Assembly (NCBI GenBank): GCA_965261545.1 | Contig: CBDHDF010000011.1 | Location: 128,001-192,000 of the forward strand | DNA length: 64,000 nucleotides | Reading direction: 5' to 3' | From: Bdellovibrionales bacterium | GTDB lineage: Bacteria; Bdellovibrionota; Bdellovibrionia; Bdellovibrionales; UBA1609 | Shown: one piece after another, positions 9,750-20,150 of the stretch | Layout: each line of letters starts with the position of its first letter | How positions within the stretch are numbered: position 1 is the stretch's first letter | The notes under the pieces: model-generated | Databases searched by the model: none | The model's input: only the letters and a program-made list of their open reading frames with translations | What the model was told of the DNA's origin: nothing | Made by a program: the position numbers and the translations under genes

Positions 9750-11147
9750 CTACCCACCCTTGAAGCTTGGAGTTGGCATCGTCACCGCTAAATTTCTCAT
9801 AATTTGGTGCAGATTGAACCCCATGGTCGAGCGATACCCCGAAGCCAGTGTGGCCCCATCCCCTTTCATCTTGCTTCTTGCTAATCCAAAGTTTTTGACA
9901 TGCCCTATGAGAGGTTCGACCCCCGACCTGCGATTGTATAATTCTTCTTTCTGGGGGGCTTCGACCTGTTCTTTTACGTTGGCAGGTCTTTGAATTCCAT
10001 CTGCATTTCCCACAACATCTTTGACGAGATTGACGTTGGCTTGTGAATAATACCCCTTGTCTGTTGTAACTGACTCTAAAATATCTTCGCCAAATATTTT
10101 TTGATGTTCTTCCAATATAGCTGGCAATGACTCCTTGTCGTCCATTCTCACAGAAGTGCAAGTATAGGGAACAATAAAATTTCCACCAATCCGCCCGACT
10201 TGGAAGACCCTCCCAAACTCCTTGTCTTTGCCTAACTTCCCCTTTTTGATACAGGCGACCGCACACAATTTGAAGGCAAGGATTTTGCCAGGCTTGATGG
10301 TGTGAGTTCTTACAAAATGGGCCACGTCCAAAAGGTATCTCCAAGCCTTGTCTCTCACTTCTGTGACGGCTTCTCGGTGGTTCCAAGGAAGACTCGCTAG
10401 AGCCTGTGGAGAAAGATTTTCTGCAAACCTTATAAAGGCTTTTAACTCTGACTTTACAAGACTGTGAAGGTCTGAAAATACCTCCCTCTTCTTCTCTAAT
10501 ACACAATTTTTGGCTAGAAAAAAATACTTTCGAGCGGCCTTGATGATGGCTTTGATATCTATGGTTATACCCGATGGTAAGTAGGTCTTCTGCTTTTCTT
10601 GAAGATACGAAAGAATTTTGTAACACTTCTGAGCCAACTTTTTCAAAAGACTGGCATCGGAGGGATAAGCCATATTGGCTTCCTGAACGGTCGAATCGAC
10701 ATCCAAATGAGAGGCGTCTGCAAACCCCAGGGATTGAGCCAAGCGAAGAATATAATCTCCTATTTCTTTGTGAGTCTCTTCCGTCAGTCGATTGCGAAAT
10801 TTTTCTATTTTCGTATGATCGGGACAACACCATTTTTTGAGGATATTTAGACCACAAAAAAGCTGATAACTGGCCGTTTCTTTTATCCGTTGCTCCACCC
10901 CTCGATCCGTGAGTTTGAATAGAACCTGAAGCAGCAGCACGGCTAGATGAACTCTTAAAAAGAGCTTTCTTCCTAGCCACCAAAAACCCTTTGCAGTCGT
11001 GGCTTTTAAGTCGGGCATGACCAGACACGACAGATAGCTCCAATCGACGTGGTTGGCCAGTTGAATCAGAGGATCGGATTCTGTGACGATAATAGATACC
11101 TTGGCAGGGTGGACCTTGGTTTCGAGGCCTTCTGGGCATAAACTCAT
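9750..11147 (-). CDS. DDE transposase (ISNCY/IS5-like)
   Basis: PDHTKI, DVDSTVQE, EFG, TDKGY, RSGVEPLIGH motifs. Confidence 0.88.
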   Translation of the reverse strand: MSLCPEGLETKVHPAKVSIIVTESDPLIQLANHVDWSYLSCLVMPDLKATTAKGFWWLGRKLFLRVHLAVLLLQVLFKLTDRGVEQRIKETASYQLFCGLNILKKWCCPDHTKIEKFRNRLTEETHKEIGDYILRLAQSLGFADASHLDVDSTVQEANMAYPSDASLLKKLAQKCYKILSYLQEKQKTYLPSGITIDIKAIIKAARKYFFLAKNCVLEKKREVFSDLHSLVKSELKAFIRFAENLSPQALASLPWNHREAVTEVRDKAWRYLLDVAHFVRTHTIKPGKILAFKLCAVACIKKGKLGKDKEFGRVFQVGRIGGNFIVPYTCTSVRMDDKESLPAILEEHQKIFGEDILESVTTDKGYYSQANVNLVKDVVGNADGIQRPANVKEQVEAPQKEELYNRRSGVEPLIGHVKNFGLARSKMKGDGATLASGYRSTMGFNLHQIMRNLAVTMPTPSFKGG

Positions 11148-11203
11148 AGCGATAATCCTTTATCATGAGGTGAAACATGGTAATAAGGTTAACAGGAGGC
11201 CCA

Positions 11204-11644
11204 ATGAAAAAGAAGCAAATCATTCAACCAAGAAGGAAAGAACTTGAAAAGGCTATTAGTGATTTTTGTGACCAATATATAAACGATGAGTATAAAAACC
11301 TCTGTCACGGTGTAGTAGCAAGAATGTCTCGAAAAAGACAAGTCCCTTACATGACAGGAAGAGTAGAAATTTGGGCTGCGGGGATTATTCATGCCATTGG
11401 GAGAATTAACTTTCTTTATGATAGCAAGACGTCACCATATGTTTCCATGGATGAGATTGTTGAGCACTTCAACACATCAAAAAGGACAGTGGGGCCAAAA
11501 GCAAAAATCATCATGGATATGTGTAAAATGAACCATTTTGACCCAGAATTCTCTACTCGCTATCTTCAGGAGAGGAGTCCATTTAAAAATCTTATGCAAA
11601 TTGAAAATTATATTTATCAAAAAGACCACCTTGAAGCTGAATGA
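11204..11644 (+). CDS. IS passenger protein (DUF6398-like)
   Basis: WAAGIIHAIGRINFLYD...PY motif; AGGAGG RBS; inside the TIRs of both copies. Confidence 0.7.
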   Translation: MKKKQIIQPRRKELEKAISDFCDQYINDEYKNLCHGVVARMSRKRQVPYMTGRVEIWAAGIIHAIGRINFLYDSKTSPYVSMDEIVEHFNTSKRTVGPKAKIIMDMCKMNHFDPEFSTRYLQERSPFKNLMQIENYIYQKDHLEAE

Positions 11645-11808
11645 TGGATTTCTTAAGTCTATTTCGCGACAGCGACTAACTTATAACTTGTCTAACAAAA
11701 GAGTGATTGATATGGTTATACGCAACTGTCAAGAAGGAAGGTGGCAGGGGTCAGAGTGTAAGTTACAAAATAAGTCACGAAACAAGTGACGGAACTTGCA
11801 ACCCTGGT

Positions 11809-12012
11809 ATGCTCTTTGAAAATTTAGCTTGGTTAACAACTGAAGAAACTGCACGCTATCTTCGCAAAAGCGTCAATGCCATCAGAATTTTGGTATATCG
11901 CAGAATTTTGAGAGCAAGAAAGTTTAGGCGAAGGCTGTATTTTAAAAGAGAAGAGTTGGAGATGCTCATTGAAACCTCACAACATATGGGAGGTTACAAA
12001 TGGCAATTTTAA
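11809..12012 (+). CDS. Excisionase-like HTH protein, copy 2 (short form)
   Basis: Near-identical core to copy 1; overlaps the integrase start. Confidence 0.75.
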   Translation: MLFENLAWLTTEETARYLRKSVNAIRILVYRRILRARKFRRRLYFKREELEMLIETSQHMGGYKWQF

Positions 12013-13166
12013 CTTATGAAAAAAATGGAAAACAGCTTTTCCGAGTCTATGTTCAGGGGCGAGGAAAGGTAGACACTTCTATAAGGGTCCAAAAGAATAA
12101 ATTTAATATAGAGACTCTTAAGGATGCGTGCAAAGAAGAGAAAAGGCTTATTAGAGCTGTTTCAGATGAGATCAATAAGATCGAAGGACGAGGGCTGAAA
12201 TGGAGGGATATCATTTATCGCTGGGAAACCTATGCTTTGCAAGGACTTCTCGGAGATAAACAAAAAGACCCCCATTACATCAAGGACCATGTAAACCGAC
12301 TGCTCCATTATACAAAGCTTTGGCTTGACTGCGTGGCTTCCGAACTCACTAAGGGGGATGGAAGACTTGTCTTGAGTCAGGCGAAAGAAAGTGGAGGCAA
12401 GGAAGGTTCACTAAAAAAAATCAAATCCTCTGTAAATGTAGTCTTCAAGTGGGCTATTGAGGAAAAGCTGGTCGTTGGTGTTCACTCAAGCCCTACTGAG
12501 GGAGTTAATGTTTCAGACAAGGCGGAGAAGGTTCCTAAGATTCTCACCTTAGAAGAGATTAAAACTCTTCTCAAAGGAGCTAAAGAAGAGCAGCATCCTT
12601 GGTATCATATTTGGTCTTTTGCATTTCTTACTGGAATGAGAAGTGGCGAATTGAAGGCATTGCAGTGGAAGGATATTGATTTTGACCGACAAACAATATT
12701 GGTCTCCAAGTCCTACAGCCATCGCAAGCGAGTGATAAAGTGCACCAAAGCTGGTCACTGGCGAAATGTACCCATTTCCAATGACCTTCTGAAGATCATC
12801 ACTGAACTTCAGAGAGATAGTCATTGTGACCCTGAAGGCTTTGTCCTTCCAAGACATGGGACATGGACCAATGGTGAAGCCGGAAAGGTTTTGAGGACAT
12901 TCCTAAAGAAATATAACATAAATCAGCATGTTGTATTTCATACACTCAGAGCCTGTTTTGCGACCCATATGTTGGCTCAAGGGGTCAATCAGGCCACCGT
13001 TATGAAAATTGGTGGATGGAGAGATATTAAGACTTTCCAAATCTACGTTCGGCTCGGTGGGATTGAGGTCAAAGGTGCAACAGAGGTTTTGCAAGTGATT
13101 CCAACCCTTGACTCTCTCGCTCCTAAAGACAATGTAATCGGCTTTCCTTGGCACAAGGGCATATGA
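12000..13166 (+). CDS. Tyrosine integrase copy 2 (intact)
   Basis: R (TGMRSGE), K (CTKAG), HTLR, W (GGW) and Y (FQIY) catalytic residues present. Confidence 0.93.
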   Translation: MAILTYEKNGKQLFRVYVQGRGKVDTSIRVQKNKFNIETLKDACKEEKRLIRAVSDEINKIEGRGLKWRDIIYRWETYALQGLLGDKQKDPHYIKDHVNRLLHYTKLWLDCVASELTKGDGRLVLSQAKESGGKEGSLKKIKSSVNVVFKWAIEEKLVVGVHSSPTEGVNVSDKAEKVPKILTLEEIKTLLKGAKEEQHPWYHIWSFAFLTGMRSGELKALQWKDIDFDRQTILVSKSYSHRKRVIKCTKAGHWRNVPISNDLLKIITELQRDSHCDPEGFVLPRHGTWTNGEAGKVLRTFLKKYNINQHVVFHTLRACFATHMLAQGVNQATVMKIGGWRDIKTFQIYVRLGGIEVKGATEVLQVIPTLDSLAPKDNVIGFPWHKGI

Positions 13167-13887
13167 AACAGTAAAATAATTCTTCAGTTGAGAGATGCCT
13201 TTGGCATTTCTCAACATTTCTTAATGTTTGCTAACCATTGCTAAGTAGGTTAACTTAAACTACTGAAATTAATGGAAACTTTGACTAATTTATTCGACGC
13301 AATGCGTTTCGGTGTCTCTTATGGGCACCAATAGGCCGTATGTATGTAAAATAAATGGATTAAGGAGATCATCCATCATTTTTCTAGACCCTTTTTGAAA
13401 AACCGTTTTGCCAAAGGTTTAACTTTATTTGTGTCCCCTAGGCCGACAGATAATACTTTGAGTAACTTCTGAAATAATTTATTCATCGTATCGTTAGGAA
13501 AGGTAGAGTTACTAATAGAAAACATACAAAGCCGCTAAGATGGCCCTGCGCATTATGAAATCTTTGCGAAATTGGATGCATCCTTTCTTCAATATGTGTT
13601 GTGTGGAATATTAGGATATAACAATTTTCTGGCTTGATATATGGAGAACCTATACAAACTGCTAAATGGCGCTGTGAGTTATGAAGTTTCTGAAATATTT
13701 ACATGAGCTTTCTCTTAATCTTTTGTCCGGAATTAGGTTAATGAACTGCGTATCTAAAAGAAACTTGGAATAGCAGCCCCACCATGTATTGATTAAAGTC
13801 ACCAAAAACTAACAAGTAATTGAGCAATCATAAAAAATCTAGCTGTAGATTAAATTCTACCTGAATTTGAATACTAAGGAAAAGAAT

Positions 13888-14115
13888 ATGGAAAATATCG
13901 ATATCACTTTAATTTCTAGAATATGTACAATCTTATCTTTTCCGATAGCTCTCTTATCTTTTCTGATAGCCCTCTTATCCCACTGTACTTCAAGAAAAAA
14001 TAAAAGAGATATTGTAAACATAAAAAGCTCTATAAAGAACATAGACAGCTCAGCAACTAATATCTCAGTTCGTGGAAATAAGAATACTACAGCAGGAAGA
14101 AATATTGATGAATAA
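13888..14115 (+). CDS. Small single-TM protein with N/G/T-rich C-terminal tail; first gene of the ABC-3C operon
   Basis: TAAGGA RBS before ATG 13888; hydrophobic ICTILSFPIALLSFLIALLS; stop overlaps next ATG by 8 nt. Confidence 0.7.
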   Translation: MENIDITLISRICTILSFPIALLSFLIALLSHCTSRKNKRDIVNIKSSIKNIDSSATNISVRGNKNTTAGRNIDE

Positions 14116-14668
14116 TAATACGATAAATATAAATGGCAACAATAATATTGTTGCCGGTGGAGATATAATAGTAAAGAACATCCAAAGATTACCTTCTCTA
14201 CTAGGTTCAATACTACCATCCTTAATTGAAGCCATAGATACTTTTGATGAGTCTAAACAGCCTCCATCTAAGCCATATGAAATTGATAACAAGATAAATT
14301 TTAATAATTTATACGTTTATAAAAATTCGATAGAAAAATATGGTCTATTTGGAAATATTATAGATTCAATAATGGAAAATTTAGATACGTCAAAGCCAAT
14401 GTCGAAGAAGAAAATTTTTAGATATCTTGAAAAAAAATATGTAGATACAATAGCTAATTTAAACCTGAATAACCAATCTAAAATTGAAATTATAAAAATC
14501 AAGTCCGACGATATATTCAAAAAAACCATGTCGCAAATTAACGATGACCTGAAGGGAGCTGATACCGGAGATGTATCAATGGAAGACCTGGAAATTTGTA
14601 TTTTAGTTATTACATGTTATGGATTCATAAATTGTAAAATAATGGAGAATGTACCTGATGATTATTGA
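14108..14668 (+). CDS. ABC-three-component CTD protein (LmuA-like) with no enzymatic effector domain
   Basis: PYEIDNKINFNNL and C-terminal F..CKIME motifs resemble ABC-3C CTDs; precedes the middle component and ATPase. Confidence 0.7.
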   Translation: MNNNTININGNNNIVAGGDIIVKNIQRLPSLLGSILPSLIEAIDTFDESKQPPSKPYEIDNKINFNNLYVYKNSIEKYGLFGNIIDSIMENLDTSKPMSKKKIFRYLEKKYVDTIANLNLNNQSKIEIIKIKSDDIFKKTMSQINDDLKGADTGDVSMEDLEICILVITCYGFINCKIMENVPDDY

Positions 14669-14897
14669 TAGAGATGTTCATCCAGATAGAAATCTTTTCC
14701 ATATAGGGGCAAGAGTACTTCAATTAATTAAAGAACATCAATTTGGTGTTATACCAATGATGGATTTGTTTGAAAGAACTAAAAATGTATTAGAGTGCTC
14801 TATTTCATTTGATGATTTCATACTTTCTCTCGATTGGCTCTTTATATTAGGGACAATAGATTCTAATGAAACAGGGGATATTATACGATGTTTTTAA
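14658..14897 (+). CDS. ABC-three-component middle component (MC6/LmuC-like)
   Basis: HPDRNLFHIGARVL...FILSLDWLFILGTI pattern; ~79 aa, overlapping both neighbours. Confidence 0.75.
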   Translation: MIIDRDVHPDRNLFHIGARVLQLIKEHQFGVIPMMDLFERTKNVLECSISFDDFILSLDWLFILGTIDSNETGDIIRCF

Positions 14898-16570
14898 GCA
14901 GACTCATTGTTCAAAAAGGTGAAAGAATAATTCAAGATATTCCCTTCAAGAGAGGGTTAAACCTAATCATAGATGAAACTCCAACTGCTAATAAAAAATC
15001 TGGAAATAATGTTGGAAAAACTACTATGGTTAGAGTCATTGATTACTGTTTAGGTGGGAAATGTGAAAAAATATATAAAGATCGAGAAACTAACACAGAA
15101 AACAAAGAGGTTAAGAAATTTCTACAATCTTCTCAAGTTCGAATTAAGTTGTTTTTAGAAGAAGCAAAGGATGGTCAATTACACGAAATTATTCGTTCAT
15201 ATGGAGAAAAATCAATCATAAATGGAGAGGAAAAAACAGAAAATGAATTTAAACAAGATCTGAATCAAATATTATTTCGATTAGATGTAAGTAAACCTTC
15301 ATCAAGAGAATTACTTGGTAAATTTATTCGAACTGAGAATTACCAGTTAGATAATATCTATAAATTCTTATATCCTCAAACTAAAAGACCAAAAGATGTT
15401 TACGAATACATCTATCTGTACCTATTTGGATTTCAAAATCATAAGGCTACTATAAGAAAAAATGATCTTAATGAAAATATAAAAAAAATAATTGATCGTG
15501 TTAAAGCTCTATCTCCTTACAAAGAAGGTGCTTTGACTCAGATTATTCGGGCTCTTGACACAGATATTAATATATTTGAGAAAAAATTAAAAAATTTTGA
15601 GATATCAAACTCACATAAAGAAAATCTTGAATCTTTAAAAGAAATAAGGGGAGAAATTTCTCAGCTATCTGTAAATATAAGCAATATAGATATCCAAATT
15701 AAATTAAATAATCAAACACTTAAGAATCTTGAAAAGACAAGATCATCTATTGATCCAAAACTTCTTCACAATATATATGATCAAGCAAATGCTTATGTCG
15801 AAACTCTTCAGAAAAGCTTTGAGGAGGCTCTGGATTTTCATAATTCAATGATTAGAAATAAAATGAATTTTGTTAATAAACATTTGTCATCTTTGATTCA
15901 AAATCGAAACAAAATGAAAGAAAGAATGGATATATTTTTTGAAGAGGAAAGAAAATTTCTAAGGGAATTATCTAGCAAAGGTGCTTTGGATGATTTAATT
16001 AAATGCAACCAAGAACTCTCATCACTAAAAGAGAAGAGGGGAGAAAAAAATGGCATTTTAAAAGAAAAAAAAGAATTAGAAGAAGAGCTAAACCAATACA
16101 ATGAAGAACTAAAAAACATAAATAATAAAATGTTGGAGTTTAAAGGCCGATTAGACAAAGAACTTGAAGATTTTAATACCCTATATAGAAAAATAACAAA
16201 GGAACTATATGACGAAGAATATATTTTTTCTTGTGAAATTGATAGAAATAGTAGGTATGATTTCTCATTATCAACCATGCATGGAACTGTTGGATCAGGG
16301 AAGAAAAAAGGACAGATATTAGCCTTTGATTTAGCGTATTTAAACTTTTTAGAGAAAAAAGAAGCAAATATATGTAGATTTCAAATCAATGATCGCCTTG
16401 AAGAGGTTCATTTAAACCAATTAAAGAGAGCTTTTGAGATTGCAAATAATATTGATGGGCAATTCATTGTTCCGATTCTTAGAGATAGAATTGAAGCCTT
16501 GGGTAAAGACTATATTCAAGAAAATAAGATCATTACTCTTTCACAAGAACAAAAGTTTTTTAAATTATAA
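14888..16570 (+). CDS. SMC/SbcC-like ABC ATPase (DUF2326, LmuB-like)
   Basis: Walker A GNNVGKTT, long coiled coil, GSGKKKGQILAFDLAY signature, INDRLE Walker B-like segment. Confidence 0.85.
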   Translation: MFLSRLIVQKGERIIQDIPFKRGLNLIIDETPTANKKSGNNVGKTTMVRVIDYCLGGKCEKIYKDRETNTENKEVKKFLQSSQVRIKLFLEEAKDGQLHEIIRSYGEKSIINGEEKTENEFKQDLNQILFRLDVSKPSSRELLGKFIRTENYQLDNIYKFLYPQTKRPKDVYEYIYLYLFGFQNHKATIRKNDLNENIKKIIDRVKALSPYKEGALTQIIRALDTDINIFEKKLKNFEISNSHKENLESLKEIRGEISQLSVNISNIDIQIKLNNQTLKNLEKTRSSIDPKLLHNIYDQANAYVETLQKSFEEALDFHNSMIRNKMNFVNKHLSSLIQNRNKMKERMDIFFEEERKFLRELSSKGALDDLIKCNQELSSLKEKRGEKNGILKEKKELEEELNQYNEELKNINNKMLEFKGRLDKELEDFNTLYRKITKELYDEEYIFSCEIDRNSRYDFSLSTMHGTVGSGKKKGQILAFDLAYLNFLEKKEANICRFQINDRLEEVHLNQLKRAFEIANNIDGQFIVPILRDRIEALGKDYIQENKIITLSQEQKFFKL

Positions 16571-16613
16571 CTTGATAAGGATGTGTGAAAGAATAACTTG
16601 AACGATTAAATCA

Positions 16614-18430
16614 GGGACTGTAAAAATAATTGTGTAACTGCAATTTTTTTCTTAAATCTTAAAGCCACTTATGTGGCTCCACTCCTGGTAAAAAGCACAG
16701 CCCCATATTATTCGTCAATGTATAATTGACATTTTTTCCTTCAAGCGATTTTGTCAGTCACAATGCATTATAATTTAATGGGGAGATGGAGCCGTAATGG
16801 GATCATATCAGAACTGGAAAGAACTCAAATAAATAATTATCATCTTGGTTGGAAAAAAATCAGCAATAGCTCTCTCAAAAAAATGGAAATTCCAATCTCA
16901 TCAAAGGGTTCATGTGTTTAGGTTCCCATACTATATTACCCCCTTTTTTTTATTTTTTTTAACTTGTGATATTCGAGAAATACCAGCATTGGGATGAAAT
17001 ATGAAAAAAAATGGAAACCCAAGTCTGCACCAAGAGGGCATGTATTTAGGTTCCCATACTATATTACCCTAACCATAGTCTCGTATTCCAGCATTTCTCA
17101 ACGCCTTAGAGGGCTTTTAAGCCCTCTTATAAGGGGACCTTATTTATTAAAAAACTTAGTTGTCAAAACGGTCACCGTATTCAATGGCAAACCTGTTCAT
17201 GGCTGGCTTCCAGTTGTGTAATGGTCGTGTCCATCGCTTAGAGGCCATTTTTATCGCTAAATATACAACTTTTAAAGCCGACCGATCACTGGGAAATATC
17301 TTACGATTTCTGATCGCCTTGCGGATCACGCTATTTAACGACTCTATGGCGTTTGTGGTATAAAAAATCTTTCTGATTTCATCCGGATAATCGAAAATAG
17401 TGATGAGATTGTCCCAATTCCTACGCCAAGACTTTTCAATATTCGGATACTTTGAAGACCACTTGGTACAAAATTCCTCAAGGGCCTTTTCAGCTTCTGT
17501 CAGAGTCGTAGAGCCATAAATGGACTTGAGGTCTTGGGCGACAGCTTTCATATCCTTGGAAGGAACATAGCGAAGGGAATTGCGGACCATATGGACAATG
17601 CACAGTTGCCTTTAGACTTGGGAAAAGCCGCTGAAATGGCTTGAGGAAAACCTGTAAGACCATCTACAGAAAATATAAATACGTCTTTCAACCCTCGATT
17701 TTGCAGCTCAGTCAAAACACTCAACCAAAACTTTGAACCCTCATTTTCAGAAATCCATAGGCCCAACAAGTCTTTCTGACCCTCCTCTGTAATACCAAGA
17801 GCTAGGTAAATCGCCTTATTAATAACTCTCTTGTCTTGATGGACCTTCACCACGATACAGTCCAAAAATACGATAGGGTAAGTGCTATCCAAGGGGCGGT
17901 TCTGCCAAGCCGTAACTTCATCAATAACAGCATCCGTCACGTTGGCTATCACTGAGTGGGATATCTCTGCACCATGGTAGAGGTCTTTGATAGCTCCTTG
18001 AATATCCCTGGTCGTCATTCCCCTCGCATAGAGGGTCAGAATACTGTCTTCAAAGCCCTCAAGACGAGTCTTGCCTTTGGGAATGACTTGGGGCTCAAAG
18101 GAGGCACTTCGGTCACGGGGGACCTGAAGCTCCACCTCGCCTTTCTCTCCCTTTATGGTCTTTCTACTGTAACCATTGCGAGTGTTGGATTTGCGGGTCT
18201 CAGACTTCTCATGCCTCTCATAACCTAGGTGATCGTCCATTTCCGCATTAAGAGCTGTCTCTAAAACAACCTTCATCAGTTGACCCGTTATGTCGGATAA
18301 ATCTTTTTGGGTCTTGACGTTCTTCGCTAGTTCCTTGCCTATTGTCTTGATATCCATTTTGCCTTCTCCTTTCAGGATGATAGTTCATCCTAATATGATT
18401 CGGCAGTTACACAAAATAGTTTACAGGCTC
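16614..18430 (-). mobile_element. IS256-family IS (defective)
   Basis: TIRs GGGACTGTAAAAATAATTGTGTAACTGC / GCAGTTACACAAAATAGTTTACAGGCTC; flanks do not form a TSD. Confidence 0.88.
17156..18357 (-). pseudogene. IS256 transposase, frameshifted near 17610
   Basis: RNGY, VPRDR and DGLTGF in one frame; QLCIVHMVRN and YTTNAIES in the next. Confidence 0.88.
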
Positions 18431-18795
18431 CATATTGAATCCACCCACGGACAGAGAATGAACATCTCTGTCAACTTTGCAGATATGGAGTTTTGGGGTA
18501 CACTCAAAACCCGAGATTCGTAATCCCATGATGAACTATAGTTTACCTGTCCATAGCTGGGCCGTTTTTAGTTCCACATCGCTTCAATCAGTATTTGTCA
18601 CAAAATCAGTCTTAATTTTGTGGAAATTGGCCTCTCTCATGGAGTCAATTTTTTAGATCTTTCTTAACTTATGACTTGTCTAACAAAGGAGTGATTGATA
18701 TGGTTATACGCAACTGTCAAGAAGGAAGATGGCAGGGATCAGGGTGTAAGTTAAAAATTAAGTCACGAGATAAGTAACGAACTTGCGACTCTGAT

Positions 18796-18999
18796 ATGCT
18801 CTTTGACAATTTAGCTTGGTTAACAACTGAAGAAACTGCACGCTATCTTCGCAAAAGCGTCAATGCCATCAGGATTTTGGTATATCGCAAAATTCTGAGA
18901 GCAAGGAAGTTTAGGCGAAGGCTGTATTTCAAAAGAGAAGAGTTGGAGATGCTCATTGAAACCTCACAACATATGGGAGGTTACAAATGGCAATTTTAA
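18796..18999 (+). CDS. Excisionase-like HTH protein, copy 3
   Basis: Near-identical to copies 2 and 4. Confidence 0.75.
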   Translation: MLFDNLAWLTTEETARYLRKSVNAIRILVYRKILRARKFRRRLYFKREELEMLIETSQHMGGYKWQF

Positions 19000-20150
19000 C
19001 TTATGAAAAAAATGGAAAACAGCTTTTCCGAGTCTATGTTCAGGGGCGAGGAAAGGTAGACACTTCTATAAGGGTCCAAAAGAATAAATTTAATATAGAG
19101 ACTCTTAAGGATGCGTGCAAAGAAGAGAAAAGGCTTATTAGAGCTGTTTCAGATGAGATCAATAAGATCGAAGGACGAGGGCTGAAATGGAGGGATATCA
19201 TTTATCGCTGGGAAACCTATGCTTTGCAAGGACTTCTCGGAGATAAACAAAAAGACCCCCATTACATCAAGGACCATGTAAACCGACTGCTCCATTATAC
19301 AAAGCTTTGGCTTGACTGCGTGGCTTCCGAACTCACTAAGGGGGATGGAAGACTTGTCTTGAGTCAGGCGAAAGAAAGTGGAGGCAAGGAAGGTTCACTA
19401 AAAAAAATCAAATCCTCTGTAAATGTAGTCTTCAAGTGGGCTATTGAGGAAAAGCTGGTCGTTGGTGTTCACTCAAGCCCTACTGAGGGAGTTAATGTTT
19501 CAGACAAGGCGGAGAAGGTTCCTAAGATTCTCACCTTAGAAGAGATTAAAACTCTTCTCAAAGGAGCTAAAGAAGAGCAGCATCCTTGGTATCATATTTG
19601 GTCTTTTGCATTTCTTACTGGAATGAGAAGTGGCGAATTGAAGGCATTGCAGTGGAAGGATATTGATTTTGATCGACAAACAATATTGGTCTCCAAGTCC
19701 TACAGCCATCGTAAGCGAGTGATAAAATGCACTAAAGCTGGTTACTGGCGAAACGTACCCATTTCCAGTGACCTTTTGAAGATTATCACCGAGCTTCAGA
19801 AAGATGGTCACTGTGACCCTGAAGGCTTTGTCCTTCCAAGGCATGGGACATGGACCAATGGTGAAGCTGGAAAGGTTTTGAGAGCATTTCTAAAGAAATA
19901 TAACATAAATCAACATGTTGTATTTCACACACTCAGGGCTTGCTTTGCGACTCACATGTTAGCTCATGGGGTAAATCAAGCCACCGTTATGAAAATCGGT
20001 GGCTGGAGAGACATTAAGACTTTCCAGATCTACCTTCGGCTTGCTGGGGTTGAGGTCAAAGGCGCAACAGAGGTGTTGCAAGTGATTCCAACTATTGACT
20101 CTCTCGTTCCTAAAAACAATGTGATCGACTTTCCTTTGGCGCAAGGTTAA
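18987..20150 (+). CDS. Tyrosine integrase copy 3 (intact)
   Basis: All catalytic motifs present; one amino-acid difference seen versus copy 4. Confidence 0.93.
   Translation: MAILTYEKNGKQLFRVYVQGRGKVDTSIRVQKNKFNIETLKDACKEEKRLIRAVSDEINKIEGRGLKWRDIIYRWETYALQGLLGDKQKDPHYIKDHVNRLLHYTKLWLDCVASELTKGDGRLVLSQAKESGGKEGSLKKIKSSVNVVFKWAIEEKLVVGVHSSPTEGVNVSDKAEKVPKILTLEEIKTLLKGAKEEQHPWYHIWSFAFLTGMRSGELKALQWKDIDFDRQTILVSKSYSHRKRVIKCTKAGYWRNVPISSDLLKIITELQKDGHCDPEGFVLPRHGTWTNGEAGKVLRAFLKKYNINQHVVFHTLRACFATHMLAHGVNQATVMKIGGWRDIKTFQIYLRLAGVEVKGATEVLQVIPTIDSLVPKNNVIDFPLAQG

Larger units (their letters stand above)
9662..11676 (-). mobile_element. ISNCY/IS5-like element type A, copy 1, with passenger gene
   Basis: TIRs GTCGCTGTCGCGAAAT; 6-bp TSD TAACTT; near-identical inverted copy at 29336-31350. 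Confidence 0.9.
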
